64,000 bases of DNA from an uncultured Pseudomonadota bacterium. GTDB lineage: Bacteria; Desulfobacterota; Binatia; Binatales; Binataceae. Position numbers and translations under genes: made by a program. Shown in pieces: positions 51,364 through 60,246 of the stretch. The notes beneath the pieces are model-generated. The model was not told the origin of the DNA, ran no database searches, and saw only the letters and a program-made list of their open reading frames with translations. Positions within the stretch are counted from its first letter, which is position 1; every line of letters starts with the position of its first letter. The DNA lies in the NCBI GenBank assembly GCA_963805995.1, contig CAWDWL010000041.1, forward strand, positions 12,769-76,768, given 5' to 3'.

Positions 51364-53307
51364 GCGCTCTCCCCGGCCTCTTTGAGCGATTCCACCATCG
51401 AGTAAACCATGACCCGATCCGCGGGTCTGGCGCCGCCCCCCTCCACCGGATCTCCCAGGCGTACCTGGACGCGCTCGTTGCGCGCGGTGGGGACGTTCTT
51501 GCCCACGTAGTTGGGCCGAATCGGGACGGCGCGATGACCGCGGTCAACCAGGACCGCCAGCCGCACTCCGGCCGGGCGTCCCAGCTTCCACAGCGTGGTC
51601 ATCGCGCGCTGCACCGTCCATCCGCTGTTGAGCACGTCATCAGTCAGTACGATGATGCGGTCCTCGACCTCGAAGCTCTGGGCGCCGCCCAATGGCTGCA
51701 AAGCGTCAAAGCCGCGGAAGACATCGAGCGCCGCGCAGGGAATCCGCACCTGGGTCTGGCGCTCGATAAGCTCGCACAGACGCAGCGCCAGCAGCGCGCC
51801 ATGGCTCACGATTCCAACCACGCTGACGCGCGCCAAATCGGGCAGGTCGCGGATGATATGCGCCGCAATTGCTTCGACCGCGTGGGCGATCTCTTCCGCA
51901 TTCATGATCTCGCGCTGTGGACCGCGCCGATAAGGCTCGTAGCCCGCTTCTTCAGCCTGCTTGACGGTTTCGAAGACCGCCATCGTGCCGTCTTCGAGCC
52001 ATTGCCTGACATAGCCCAGCAAGCTTTCGTCGAACTTGTAATAGCGGCGGCTGCGTGAATGTCCGACGTACTGCACCTTGAGTTCGCGTTCGCAGAATTC
52101 ACAGCGCAGGCATAGCTCGGCGCGGCTGAAGGCGGGCGCCATCCGGAAGCGCGGGCGCAGGTAGCGGCTTTCGTGGCGGCTGATACAGCTCGGATTGGAA
52201 CACGTTGGCGCGTTTTCAGCCTTGAAGGTAAGAGGTTTTGGACCGCCGGCCTTGATCCGGGCGCCGCCGGCGTTTTCCAGCATCCATCCGATCAGCGCCA
52301 TCCGCACCGGCACCCCTGCGGCGGCCTGTTCGAAGTAAACCGCGCGCGGGTCGGAGTCGAGTTCATAAGACAGCTCATCGGTGCGGGGCAGCGGATGCAT
52401 TACCACCGCTTCCTGGGTGCGGCTGGTCTTGAGCGCGCGCGCATCGAAGCGCACGTAGTCGGACTGGTCGCGCTCCTGTTCGGAGCGGCGCTCACGCTGA
52501 AACCGGGTGACGTAAAATGCGTCCAGAGCGCCCGGTCCCGGCGACGCGGGCGCCGGATTTATGACCGGCATATCGCCGGTGAACAGCGCCATCTGATGGG
52601 GCGCGCTGGGGGTCAGATACATCGCGTCCAGGCCGCCGGCCAGGGTTTTGAGTTCGCTGATGCTGACCGTGGAGAAACTGTAATTGCGCTCGGCGGCCAA
52701 CCGCGCCAACACGTAATCGGGAACCCCCATCCCGCGGTTTGGCACCGCGACCACGTTGGCGCCGAAGCGCGCCAAGCGCGTAAATCAGCGAATGGACCGT
52801 GCGGCCAAACTTGAGGTCGCCGCAGATTGCCACCGTCAGTCCGCGCAGATGGCCCTTTTTCTTGCGCAGGATGTAGAGATCGCACAGTGTCTGCGTGGGA
52901 TGCTCACGGCTGCCGTCGCCGGCGTTGATCACCGTACACCGAGCATAATCCGCCGCGACCTGCGCGGCGCCATCAAACGGATGGCGGATCACAATCAGAT
53001 CGGCATATCCGCTCACCACCCGGACGGTGTCGGCCAGGGTCTCGCCTTTGGCCGCGGAACTGGCGTCCATCGACGCGGAGCTGATCACCGAGCCCCCGAG
53101 GCGAAGGGCCGCCGATTCAAAGCTTAGCCGGGTGCGGGTGGACGGCTCGTAAAACAACGTCGCCATGATCAAGCCATCGGCGACGTGCAGGCGCTCGCCG
53201 GTTTCCAGGTGCGCGGCAAATTCGTCGGCCAGAACGAAGATCCGCTCGATTTCGCTGACCGACAGATCGTCGATCGAGATCACGTCATTTTTTGGCAGGC
53301 GCTGCAT
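51360..53307 (-). pseudogene. pyrB: Aspartate carbamoyltransferase catalytic chain fused in-frame to a PyrI-type zinc domain and a PyrR-like PRTase domain. One single-base insertion lies in the catalytic part as assembled.
   Basis: ORF 52492..53307 has [13 protein letters not shown] and HPTQ. It continues after removal of one base near 52772 (SLIYAL|ARFGANVV) into ORF 51360..52775, which contains HPLPR. Then come CSNPSCISRHE...LRCEFCERE (~52071..52208) and IIVLTDDVLNSGWTVQRA...LVDRGHRAVPIRPNYVGKNVPT (~51456..51914). Confidence 0.85.
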
Positions 53308-53344
53308 GGTCTCGACGTCGCCTTTGGCGCACCCAAGGCGCCGG

Positions 53345-53887
53345 TTACTTCGCCCCTCCAGTCAGCACCGCGTCCGCCCCGTCGGTTTCGCTAAGCCGCA
53401 CGAACACCCGCTGGCCATGCGGCGCGGCGACATTCTTGCCTACGAAATCCGCCTTGATGGGCAGCTCGCGCTCGCCGCGGTCAACCAGCACGGCAAGTTG
53501 AATCGACTCCGGCCGTCCGAGATCGGCGATCGCGTCAAGCGCCGCGCGCACGGTGCGCCCGGTGTAAAGCACGTCATCCACCAGCACCACCCGCTTGTCC
53601 TCCAGCGGGAACGGGATCTCGCGCGCCAGCAGGCGCGGATCGCCCGCGCCCGACTTGTTGTCGTCACGGTAGAGCGAGATGTCGAGGGTCCCAATTGGAA
53701 CCTCGGCGCCGGTGATCTCCGCCAGCGCGGCCCGCAGACGCATGGCGAGATTGGCGCCGCGCCGCACGATTCCGATCAGCGCCAGATCCGCGGGCTGGGG
53801 GTTGTGCTCGACAATTTCGTGGGCCAGGCGCTTGACGCAGCGCGCGATCGTGGCGCCGTCCATCACCGTCTGATAACCGGTGCTCAT
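53345..53887 (-). CDS. pyrR: Bifunctional pyrimidine operon regulator/uracil phosphoribosyltransferase PyrR
   Basis: [29 protein letters not shown] and [23 protein letters not shown] motifs. Confidence 0.9.
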   Translation of the reverse strand: MSTGYQTVMDGATIARCVKRLAHEIVEHNPQPADLALIGIVRRGANLAMRLRAALAEITGAEVPIGTLDISLYRDDNKSGAGDPRLLAREIPFPLEDKRVVLVDDVLYTGRTVRAALDAIADLGRPESIQLAVLVDRGERELPIKADFVGKNVAAPHGQRVFVRLSETDGADAVLTGGAK

Positions 53888-53898
53888 CGGCGCCGGCG

Positions 53899-53932
53899 CA
53901 AAAAAAGTCCCGGTCTGCGGACGCAGCCGGGG
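53899..53932 (-). terminator. Leader intrinsic terminator (attenuator) directly upstream of pyrR
   Basis: The minus strand reads ccccggcugc-gucc-gcagaccggg followed by acuuuuuuug, ending 12 nt before the pyrR ATG. Confidence 0.6.
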
Positions 53933-53961
53933 AATGGAAGTTTGCTAATCACTGTCACCTA

Positions 53962-53995
53962 CCCTTTTCGTCCTCTCAGGGACGAATTTAAAAGG
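53962..53995 (-). promoter_or_regulatory. Putative PyrR-binding hairpin (anti-antiterminator)
   Basis: The minus strand reads ccuuuu-aaa-uucgucc-CUGAGA-ggacgaa-aaggg. The apical UCCCUGAGAGGA resembles the PyrR binding-loop consensus (A)RUCCAGAGAGGYU. Confidence 0.55.
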
Positions 53996-54189
53996 CGTTG
54001 AGCCGGTCTTATGTCCGTGTCGCGGCGACCGGCGTTCTCTCAAGGCTAACCGCTGCCTTATCCGCCAGTCAAGTCAGGCCTGCCGCTGGCGGCGTTTGGG
54101 TATCAACACCGAAACCGTTTTGGGTTTGCGCCAACCGCTTGCTAAAGGTCTCAAGGTCCACTCTTGAGGGGGGTTCACCGACTACGGAC

Positions 54190-54876
54190 ATGCAGAATTT
54201 TATGCTACGGGCGCTTTCGCGGCGTCGGCATTTGGACCCAACCCGGCGGCGCACCCTTGCTCGCCTGCTTCTTCCAGTGTTGTTCGTAGGCGCCGGATTG
54301 CATTCCTGGAAGACCCGGTCGTGGGCTTTCGAGGCTACCCCCACAACCACGTCGTGGCAGGTTTATTTCTCGCCGGACGGAGGATGCACGCAAGCGATCG
54401 TCAATGCGATCGGCGCCGCGCATCAGCAGATGATGGTGCAGGCGTATGAGATGACCTCGCCGCCGATCAAAAACGCCTTGGTGGCTGCCCAACGCCGGGG
54501 CGTCAGGATACAGGCGATTTTCGATCCCTCCGCGCTGAACGAATCCAATACGATGGTCGGCGAGCTAAGCGCCGGCGGCATTTCCGTCTTCATCGACAGC
54601 GTGCACCGCCCGGGCCTGGCACACAACAAGGTGATGATCATCGACGGGGCCATGGTGATTACCGGCAGCTTCAATTTCACCAAGGCGGCGGAGTTCCGCA
54701 ACGCGGAGAACCTGTTGATCATAAGGGACCCGGCGCTGGCGGCAGCGTACGCGAGAAATTTCGCCAACCATCTATCGCATTCGTCGCCGCTGGGCTCCGC
54801 CGACATCCCTGCGCCAAAAGCCACGCATTACCACCACTACTACTATCGGCATTATCATCGGCATAGTTACTGGTGA
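54190..54876 (+). CDS. Phospholipase D-family (Nuc-like, single HKD) protein with an N-terminal anchor and a His/Tyr-rich tail
   Basis: HKD motif LAHNKVMIIDGAMVITGSFNFT. N-terminal hydrophobic segment LARLLLPVLFVGAGL. The C-terminus reads ATHYHHYYYRHYHRHSYW. Confidence 0.8.
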   Translation: MQNFMLRALSRRRHLDPTRRRTLARLLLPVLFVGAGLHSWKTRSWAFEATPTTTSWQVYFSPDGGCTQAIVNAIGAAHQQMMVQAYEMTSPPIKNALVAAQRRGVRIQAIFDPSALNESNTMVGELSAGGISVFIDSVHRPGLAHNKVMIIDGAMVITGSFNFTKAAEFRNAENLLIIRDPALAAAYARNFANHLSHSSPLGSADIPAPKATHYHHYYYRHYHRHSYW

Positions 54877-55005
54877 GATCTTTGTATTTCGCGGGCCCTG
54901 CGGTCTGTCCCACTGATTCAGACACCCCCACCCTGGGTCAGCCTGAGGCTTCAGCTTCGCAAACAGCGTCACAACAGCATGTAAAAAGCGAGATGAGCAC
55001 AGCGA

Positions 55006-55176
55006 AAATGTGGGAACTCCAGTGACAGCCTGGAAGGCTGTCACTGGTGGGCAGGGACGCCCGCCCCACTGAAAACTGTCCGAGCCAGTGGGGCGGGCGT
55101 CCCTGCCTGCCGCTTCGCCGCAGGAATGTAGAAACTCCAGTCACAGGCTGGAAGCCTGTGACTGGAGTTTCTACAT
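55006..55176. repeat. Cluster of REP-like palindromes
   Basis: ccagtgacagcc-tggaa-ggctgtcactgg (55018-55046). A perfect 22-bp inverted repeat, ggcagggacgcccgccccactg/cagtggggcgggcgtccctgcc (55049-55106, 14-nt loop). A perfect 25-bp-stem hairpin, aatgtagaaactccagtcacaggct-gga-agcctgtgactggagtttctacatt (55124-55176). Confidence 0.85.
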
Positions 55177-55608
55177 TGTCGCTGTAATTTTCTCCCCCGG
55201 ACCGGGGGAGATGGGCCCCGCCGCGGCGCCCAGAGAGGGTCCTTTGTCAGCGCGTCCGCCAAGGCGCGCGATTAAGGAAACCGGCAGCGCTGCATAAATC
55301 GCTTCGAGCACATCTTCGATCTCGGTGTTCACTGCTGCATTCCAAAGTCGCATCGCTCGATAACCCTGCTCGGTGAGACAACCCGTTCTCAAGGGATCCG
55401 TGCACTCTTGCTCCGGTTCGGCATGTTGATTGCCGTCGAGTTCGATAATCCGGTGGCGCGTGACGCAGCAGAAATCTGCGAAGTACGGACCAATGTGGTA
55501 CCGGCGGCTGAATTTGAATCCCGCAAAGCGCCTGGCTCTGAGGTGCGCCCACAACTTCCGCTCCTCATCCGCACACTCAGCCCGAAGGCGCCGGCCTTGA
55601 TCGCGCAA
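55171..55608 (-). CDS. DUF559 (Vsr-like endonuclease fold) domain protein
   Basis: ERKLWAHLRARRFAGFKFSRRYHIGPYFADFCC...IIELDGNQH...GYRAMRLWN. The 3' ~35 codons run into the palindrome cluster and may not be native. Confidence 0.7.
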   Translation of the reverse strand: MRDQGRRLRAECADEERKLWAHLRARRFAGFKFSRRYHIGPYFADFCCVTRHRIIELDGNQHAEPEQECTDPLRTGCLTEQGYRAMRLWNAAVNTEIEDVLEAIYAALPVSLIARLGGRADKGPSLGAAAGPISPGPGEKITATM

Positions 55609-55657
55609 AGGTTCGTCACCGGAACCTCATAATCGCGCGCCTGAAGCAGGCGCCCTC

Positions 55658-55676
55658 TCACAGGCTGGAAGCCTAT
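55658..55676. repeat. REP-like hairpin (ACAGGC family)
   Basis: cacaggc-tggaa-gcctatg. Confidence 0.5.
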
Positions 55677-55905
55677 GCCACAAAGTCACCTCAATCATTT
55701 AGAAAGGAGGGCTCTGGTCCTGCTTTTTTTCCGTGGCACAGTGGCGAAGCCATTCCAGCGTGTGATTTTTTTCTTCCAAAGGTCTCGGAAAAGAGGATGA
55801 CAGGCTACAAAAACCTGTCCCACCATCAAAAAATATCCTTTTTTCCACCACCATTTCCGCGGACCGCGCAGCCACGGTTCGGTCCGAATTTGTAGAAGCT
55901 TGTGG

Positions 55906-55926
55906 GACAGCCTATCCAAGGCTGTC
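55906..55926. repeat. REP-like hairpin (ACAGCC family)
   Basis: gacagcc-tatccaa-ggctgtc, preceded by tgtagaagcttgtggg as in the other copies. Confidence 0.5.
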
Positions 55927-56003
55927 AATCGCAGGCATGAGGCAGGCGGCCGCGCCGCTCACTTTTTTGTCTTCGGTATGCGAACTGCGGGAAGACCGCA
56001 GCG

Positions 56004-56675
56004 TCAGCCGCGGGCCTGGCGTTCGAGCTTGCGCAGGCGTTGGTCCTGATCCTTGACCTGAACCGAGATCTTGTCGTCGAAACGGTCGAACTTCTTGGCC
56101 AGGCTGGTCAGCGCTTTGTGCGTCGCCTTGACTTCGTTGCGCACTTCGGCAGCGACGCTTTCCGCGCCAGCGGCGGCCGCCGCTCCCACCGCGCCTTGAG
56201 TGCTTGAAGCGGCGATTCGCCGGGTGCCCTCCCGCTGCAATTCGGCGCCGCGCTTTTCCAGCTCCTCGCTGAACTTGCGCTGCGCTTCCTCCAAACGGTG
56301 GCCAATTTCCGCGCTGATTTCCGCGGGCAAGGATACCGACGGATTCGCGGCGATACGGCCCACGGCGCCCTTGAGTTCCTCGAATCCCGCGATGTCCTGC
56401 CTGATTTGAACGCGGGTGGCGCCCAAGGCCTCATTGAGCCGCACCATCTCGGCAGCCAGATCGGAGCGCGCCGCCATCAGGCGCGTGCGGTTGTCCCCAA
56501 TTTGGTCGGATAAGAAGCGAATCTGTTTCCCGACTTCGTTGAACTGGGAAATCATCTCGTCCTGCAACATTTGGAGCTTCCCGCTGAAACCCTCCGCGAC
56601 CTCGACCACCAATTCAAAGCGTGAGCTCAGCTGCTCGAGCAGCACTGCAACCTTGTCCACCGCCTCTTCACCCAC
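56004..56675 (-). CDS. Hypothetical coiled-coil protein
   Basis: 223 aa, strongly helical and heptad-like (Glu/Arg/Ala/Leu-rich). It lies downstream of lepB on the same strand. No family recognised. Confidence 0.55.
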   Translation of the reverse strand: MGEEAVDKVAVLLEQLSSRFELVVEVAEGFSGKLQMLQDEMISQFNEVGKQIRFLSDQIGDNRTRLMAARSDLAAEMVRLNEALGATRVQIRQDIAGFEELKGAVGRIAANPSVSLPAEISAEIGHRLEEAQRKFSEELEKRGAELQREGTRRIAASSTQGAVGAAAAAGAESVAAEVRNEVKATHKALTSLAKKFDRFDDKISVQVKDQDQRLRKLERQARG

Positions 56676-56694
56676 CGGTCTGTCACCTGCTCTT

Positions 56695-57414
56695 CTAGTG
56701 TATGATCCGCCCGAATCGGTCCCATCGGATCGGGATATAGGCCTTGCTGTCCGAGTCCCAGGACCAATAAATCACCATCGCCCGCCCTTCGACGTCGTTG
56801 TCGTCGACAAACCCCCAGAAGCGGCTGTCGTAGCTGCGGTCGCGGTTGTCACCCATCACGAAAACCTTGCCCATGGGAACCACGGTCGGCCCGAAACGGT
56901 CGCGCGGCGCGATTGCGATCTGGCTTTCCGAAGGCTGGTAGTAGGCATGCGGTTCGTCCATTTTGCGCCCATTTAAATAGACCGATTTGCCCCGTACTTC
57001 AACCGTATCGCCGCCCACTCCGACCACCCGTTTAATGAAGTCCTTGGTCGGATCGGGCGGAAAGACGAACACCACCACGTCGCCCCGATGGACCGCCTCA
57101 ATGCGAAACACATACTGGCCGTAGGGGATAGTTCCCGAAAGCGGGGTCAGGCCGAACAGCGAATCGGGCATCCGCAGGCCATAGATCAGCTTGTTGACAA
57201 GTATGTGGTCCCCAATCAGCAGGGTCGGCTCCATCGAGCCCGAGGGGATCTTGTAGGCCTGGACGAAGAAGGTGCGGATTACCAGCGCCAGGGCGATCGC
57301 GATCGCGAACGCCTCGAGGTACTCGCGCACCACCGATTTTCGGTGGCCGCCTGACGGATACTCCGCGACGGGCGGGACCTTGTCCCGGCGGGCTATCGGT
57401 AACGGTTCAGGCAC
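56695..57414 (-). CDS. lepB: Signal peptidase I
   Basis: IPSGSMEPTL (catalytic Ser), GDHILVNK, FIKRVVG (catalytic Lys) and VMGDNRDRSYDSRFWG motifs. Confidence 0.9.
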   Translation of the reverse strand: MPEPLPIARRDKVPPVAEYPSGGHRKSVVREYLEAFAIAIALALVIRTFFVQAYKIPSGSMEPTLLIGDHILVNKLIYGLRMPDSLFGLTPLSGTIPYGQYVFRIEAVHRGDVVVFVFPPDPTKDFIKRVVGVGGDTVEVRGKSVYLNGRKMDEPHAYYQPSESQIAIAPRDRFGPTVVPMGKVFVMGDNRDRSYDSRFWGFVDDNDVEGRAMVIYWSWDSDSKAYIPIRWDRFGRIIH

Positions 57415-57417
57415 CGC

Positions 57418-59220
57418 CTACTCTCCCATCTTCAGGATCGCGAGAAACGCTTCCTGGGGAATTTCCACCCGGCCTACCTGTTTCATCCGTTTTTTTCCTT
57501 CCTTCTGTTTCTCGAGCAGCTTGCGCTTGCGGGTAATATCGCCGCCGTAGCATTTGGCGGTCACGTTCTTGCGCAGCGCCTTGACGCTCTCACGTGCGAT
57601 TATCTTGGTCCCGATTCCGGCCTGGATCGCGATGTCAAACATCTGCCGGGGAATTAACTGGCGCATTTTCTCGCATAAGACCCGCCCCCGTTCGTAGGCC
57701 TTGTCCCGATGCACGATCATCGATAGCGCGTCGACCACGTCCCCGTTGATCCTTACGTCAAGTTTAACCAGAGCCTCGGGGCGGAAGTCCAGAAACTCAT
57801 AGTCCAACGAGGCATAACCCCGGCTCATCGACTTCAACCGGTCATAGAAGTCAAAGACCACCTCCGCCAGGGGCAATTCGTAACGCAGGATAACCCGCTT
57901 GTTGCTCAGGTATTTGAGGTCGTGCTGGACCCCGCGTTTATCCTCGCACAGCTTGAACAGCGCGCCCAGGAACTCTTCCGGGGTATGGATCGACGCCATT
58001 ATGAATGGCTCTTCGATCGCTTCGATTTCGTTCTCGGGCGGCAGCAGCGCGGGATTGTCAACCATTATCAGCCGCCCATCGGTGGTGCGAACCCGGTAGG
58101 CCACGGTCGGAGCGGTGACGATCAGGTCGAGCCCGAACTCACGCTCCAGCCGCTCCTGGGCGATCTCCATGTGCAGCAGCCCCAGAAAACCCGCGCGAAA
58201 GCCGAATCCCAACGCCTGCGAGGTTTCCGGCTCACAAATCAGGCTGGCGTCGTTCAAGCGCAATTTTTCCACCGCCTCGCGCAAGGCGCCATACTGGTTG
58301 GCCTCGGTCGGGTAGAGGCCGGCGAAGACCATCGGCTTCAATTCCTTGAAGCCTTCCAGCGGCGTCTGGGCTGGCGCGTCGGCGTCGGTCAGGGTGTCGC
58401 CGACCCGCACGTCGGCTACGGTCTTCATTCCGGGCACCACGAATCCGACCTCACCCGGACCCAGCGACTCCGCGACCTCCTCAAATGGAGTAAAACATCC
58501 CAGCCGCATCACCTCGCCGAGTTTGTCGGTACCCATCATCCGGACCTTCATGCCGCGGCGGATTTCTCCATCCATCACCCGGACCAGGCTGATACCGCCT
58601 TCATAGGCGTCGTACCAGCTATCGAAGATCAGCGCCCGTACCGGCTTGTCGCGGGTATCCGGCGGCGGCGGAACACGATGCACGATCGCTTCGAGCACCT
58701 CGTCGATACCGATTCCTTCCTTGGCGCTGGTCAAAATCGCATCCGAGGCGTTCAGGCCGATAATGTCCTCAATCTGCGCGCGGGTGCGCTCGACGTCCGC
58801 CCCCGGCAGGTCGATCTTGTTGATTACCGGCACGATCTCAAGCCCGTTATCCAGCGCCATGTAGACGTTGGCCAGGGTCTGCGCTTCCACGCCCTGGCTC
58901 GCGTCGACCACCAACAGGGCGCCTTCGCAGGCAGCCAGGCTGCGTGAGACTTCGTAGGCGAAATCGACGTGGCCGGGGGTATCGATGAGGTTAAGGATGT
59001 AGGTCTGTCCGTCGGACGCGTGGTAGTTGAGGCGCACGGCTCGGGCCTTGATGGTGATGCCGCGTTCGCGCTCGAGGTCCATCGAATCGAGGAACTGAGC
59101 GCGGCTCTCACGTTTGGAGAGCGCACCGGTGCGTTCCAGCAGTCGATCGGCAAGAGTCGATTTGCCGTGATCGATGTGTGCAATAATCGAGAAATTTCGC
59201 AGCAGTTCGGTTTTCGTCAT
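57418..59220 (-). CDS. lepA: Translation elongation factor 4 (LepA)
   Basis: [33 protein letters not shown] and the conserved LepA C-terminal domain. An alternative start lies at 59232. Confidence 0.97.
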   Translation of the reverse strand: MTKTELLRNFSIIAHIDHGKSTLADRLLERTGALSKRESRAQFLDSMDLERERGITIKARAVRLNYHASDGQTYILNLIDTPGHVDFAYEVSRSLAACEGALLVVDASQGVEAQTLANVYMALDNGLEIVPVINKIDLPGADVERTRAQIEDIIGLNASDAILTSAKEGIGIDEVLEAIVHRVPPPPDTRDKPVRALIFDSWYDAYEGGISLVRVMDGEIRRGMKVRMMGTDKLGEVMRLGCFTPFEEVAESLGPGEVGFVVPGMKTVADVRVGDTLTDADAPAQTPLEGFKELKPMVFAGLYPTEANQYGALREAVEKLRLNDASLICEPETSQALGFGFRAGFLGLLHMEIAQERLEREFGLDLIVTAPTVAYRVRTTDGRLIMVDNPALLPPENEIEAIEEPFIMASIHTPEEFLGALFKLCEDKRGVQHDLKYLSNKRVILRYELPLAEVVFDFYDRLKSMSRGYASLDYEFLDFRPEALVKLDVRINGDVVDALSMIVHRDKAYERGRVLCEKMRQLIPRQMFDIAIQAGIGTKIIARESVKALRKNVTAKCYGGDITRKRKLLEKQKEGKKRMKQVGRVEIPQEAFLAILKMGE

Positions 59221-59297
59221 CGCGCAGGACACCTGCGCTCGGCAGGTTCAGGTGCAATCAAGCAATACCTCATTCTGACACCGATTCCCCGCGCGTA

Positions 59298-60233
59298 CTA
59301 CCGGGCATCCGCGGCGCGCTTCTGGAAATATTCAAAAGTCGCGGCCAAGCCGTCTCGCAGTTCCATTTTGGGCTGCCATCCGAGTTCGCGAACGGCCCGG
59401 GCCGGCGAGATGACCGAGCGCCGCTGCTCACCCGGGCGAGCCGCGCCATAAAGCGCGGCTTTGTTGACCCCCGCCCTTTGCGCCAACTCCTGATAGAGTT
59501 GATTGACGTCGGTCTCGCGCCCGGTGCCAATGTTAAAGGCGCCGGCGCATTCATGCTCCAGCGCCGCGACGTTGGCCGCGGCGACATCGCCGACATAGAC
59601 ATAGTCCCGGGTCTGGCGTCCGTCGCCGTAGATGGTACAGCTATCGCCGCTTAACAGACGGCCGCAGAAAATCGCCACCACTCCGGCTTCACCGTGAGGA
59701 TCCTGGCGCGGGCCATAGACGTTGCCATAGCGCATCGCGGTGTAACCGATTCCGTATTCGTGCTGGTAAAAGAACAGGTATTGCTCGCTGCACAGCTTCG
59801 CCACCCCGTACGGACTGACCGGACGGCAGGGATGGCTCTCGTCGCAGGGAAAGACGTCCTGCTCGCCGTAAATCGCCCCGCCCGAAGAGGCCAAGATCAC
59901 CCGCTTCAATCCCCGCGTGCGCGCCGCCTCCATCAGGTTCAGAAAACCGACCAGGTTGACGCCCGCATCGAAGGCGGGGTCGGCCACTGAGCGCCGCACA
60001 TCCATCTGGGCCGCGAGGTGAAAAATGGCCTCGGGGCGCTCCTGCTCGACGATTTCCGTGACTCGCTTGGCGTCGCGCAGATCCACCGTATGACAACGCG
60101 CGCGCGGATTGACCTGCTCGCGTTTGCCAGAAGACAGGTCATCGAGGATCGCAACGTCATGGGATCGCGCCAGGAGCGCGTCCACCGTATGCGAGCCGAT
60201 AAAGCCCGCGCCACCCGTTACCACAAGCCGCAT
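59298..60233 (-). CDS. NAD-dependent nucleotide-sugar epimerase/dehydratase (GalE-like)
   Basis: VTGGAGFIGSH Rossmann motif, YGVAK (YxxxK), and GDGRQTRDYVYVGDVA. A gggaga RBS is present. Confidence 0.85.
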   Translation of the reverse strand: MRLVVTGGAGFIGSHTVDALLARSHDVAILDDLSSGKREQVNPRARCHTVDLRDAKRVTEIVEQERPEAIFHLAAQMDVRRSVADPAFDAGVNLVGFLNLMEAARTRGLKRVILASSGGAIYGEQDVFPCDESHPCRPVSPYGVAKLCSEQYLFFYQHEYGIGYTAMRYGNVYGPRQDPHGEAGVVAIFCGRLLSGDSCTIYGDGRQTRDYVYVGDVAAANVAALEHECAGAFNIGTGRETDVNQLYQELAQRAGVNKAALYGAARPGEQRRSVISPARAVRELGWQPKMELRDGLAATFEYFQKRAADAR

Positions 60234-60246
60234 TCCGGATTCTCCC

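Noticed and set aside
55006-55176. Long perfect inverted repeats considered as the termini of an IS/MITE, or as a CRISPR-like array
   Set aside because: There is no transposase, no target-site duplication that I can identify, and no repeat-spacer periodicity. The same hairpin motifs occur singly elsewhere, which fits REP/BIME-type elements better.
55695-55928. 77-aa ORF (…PRKWWWKKGYFLMV…)
   Set aside because: It lies in the REP-rich spacer and overlaps a palindromic element. It has no RBS and an odd composition, so it is likely spurious.
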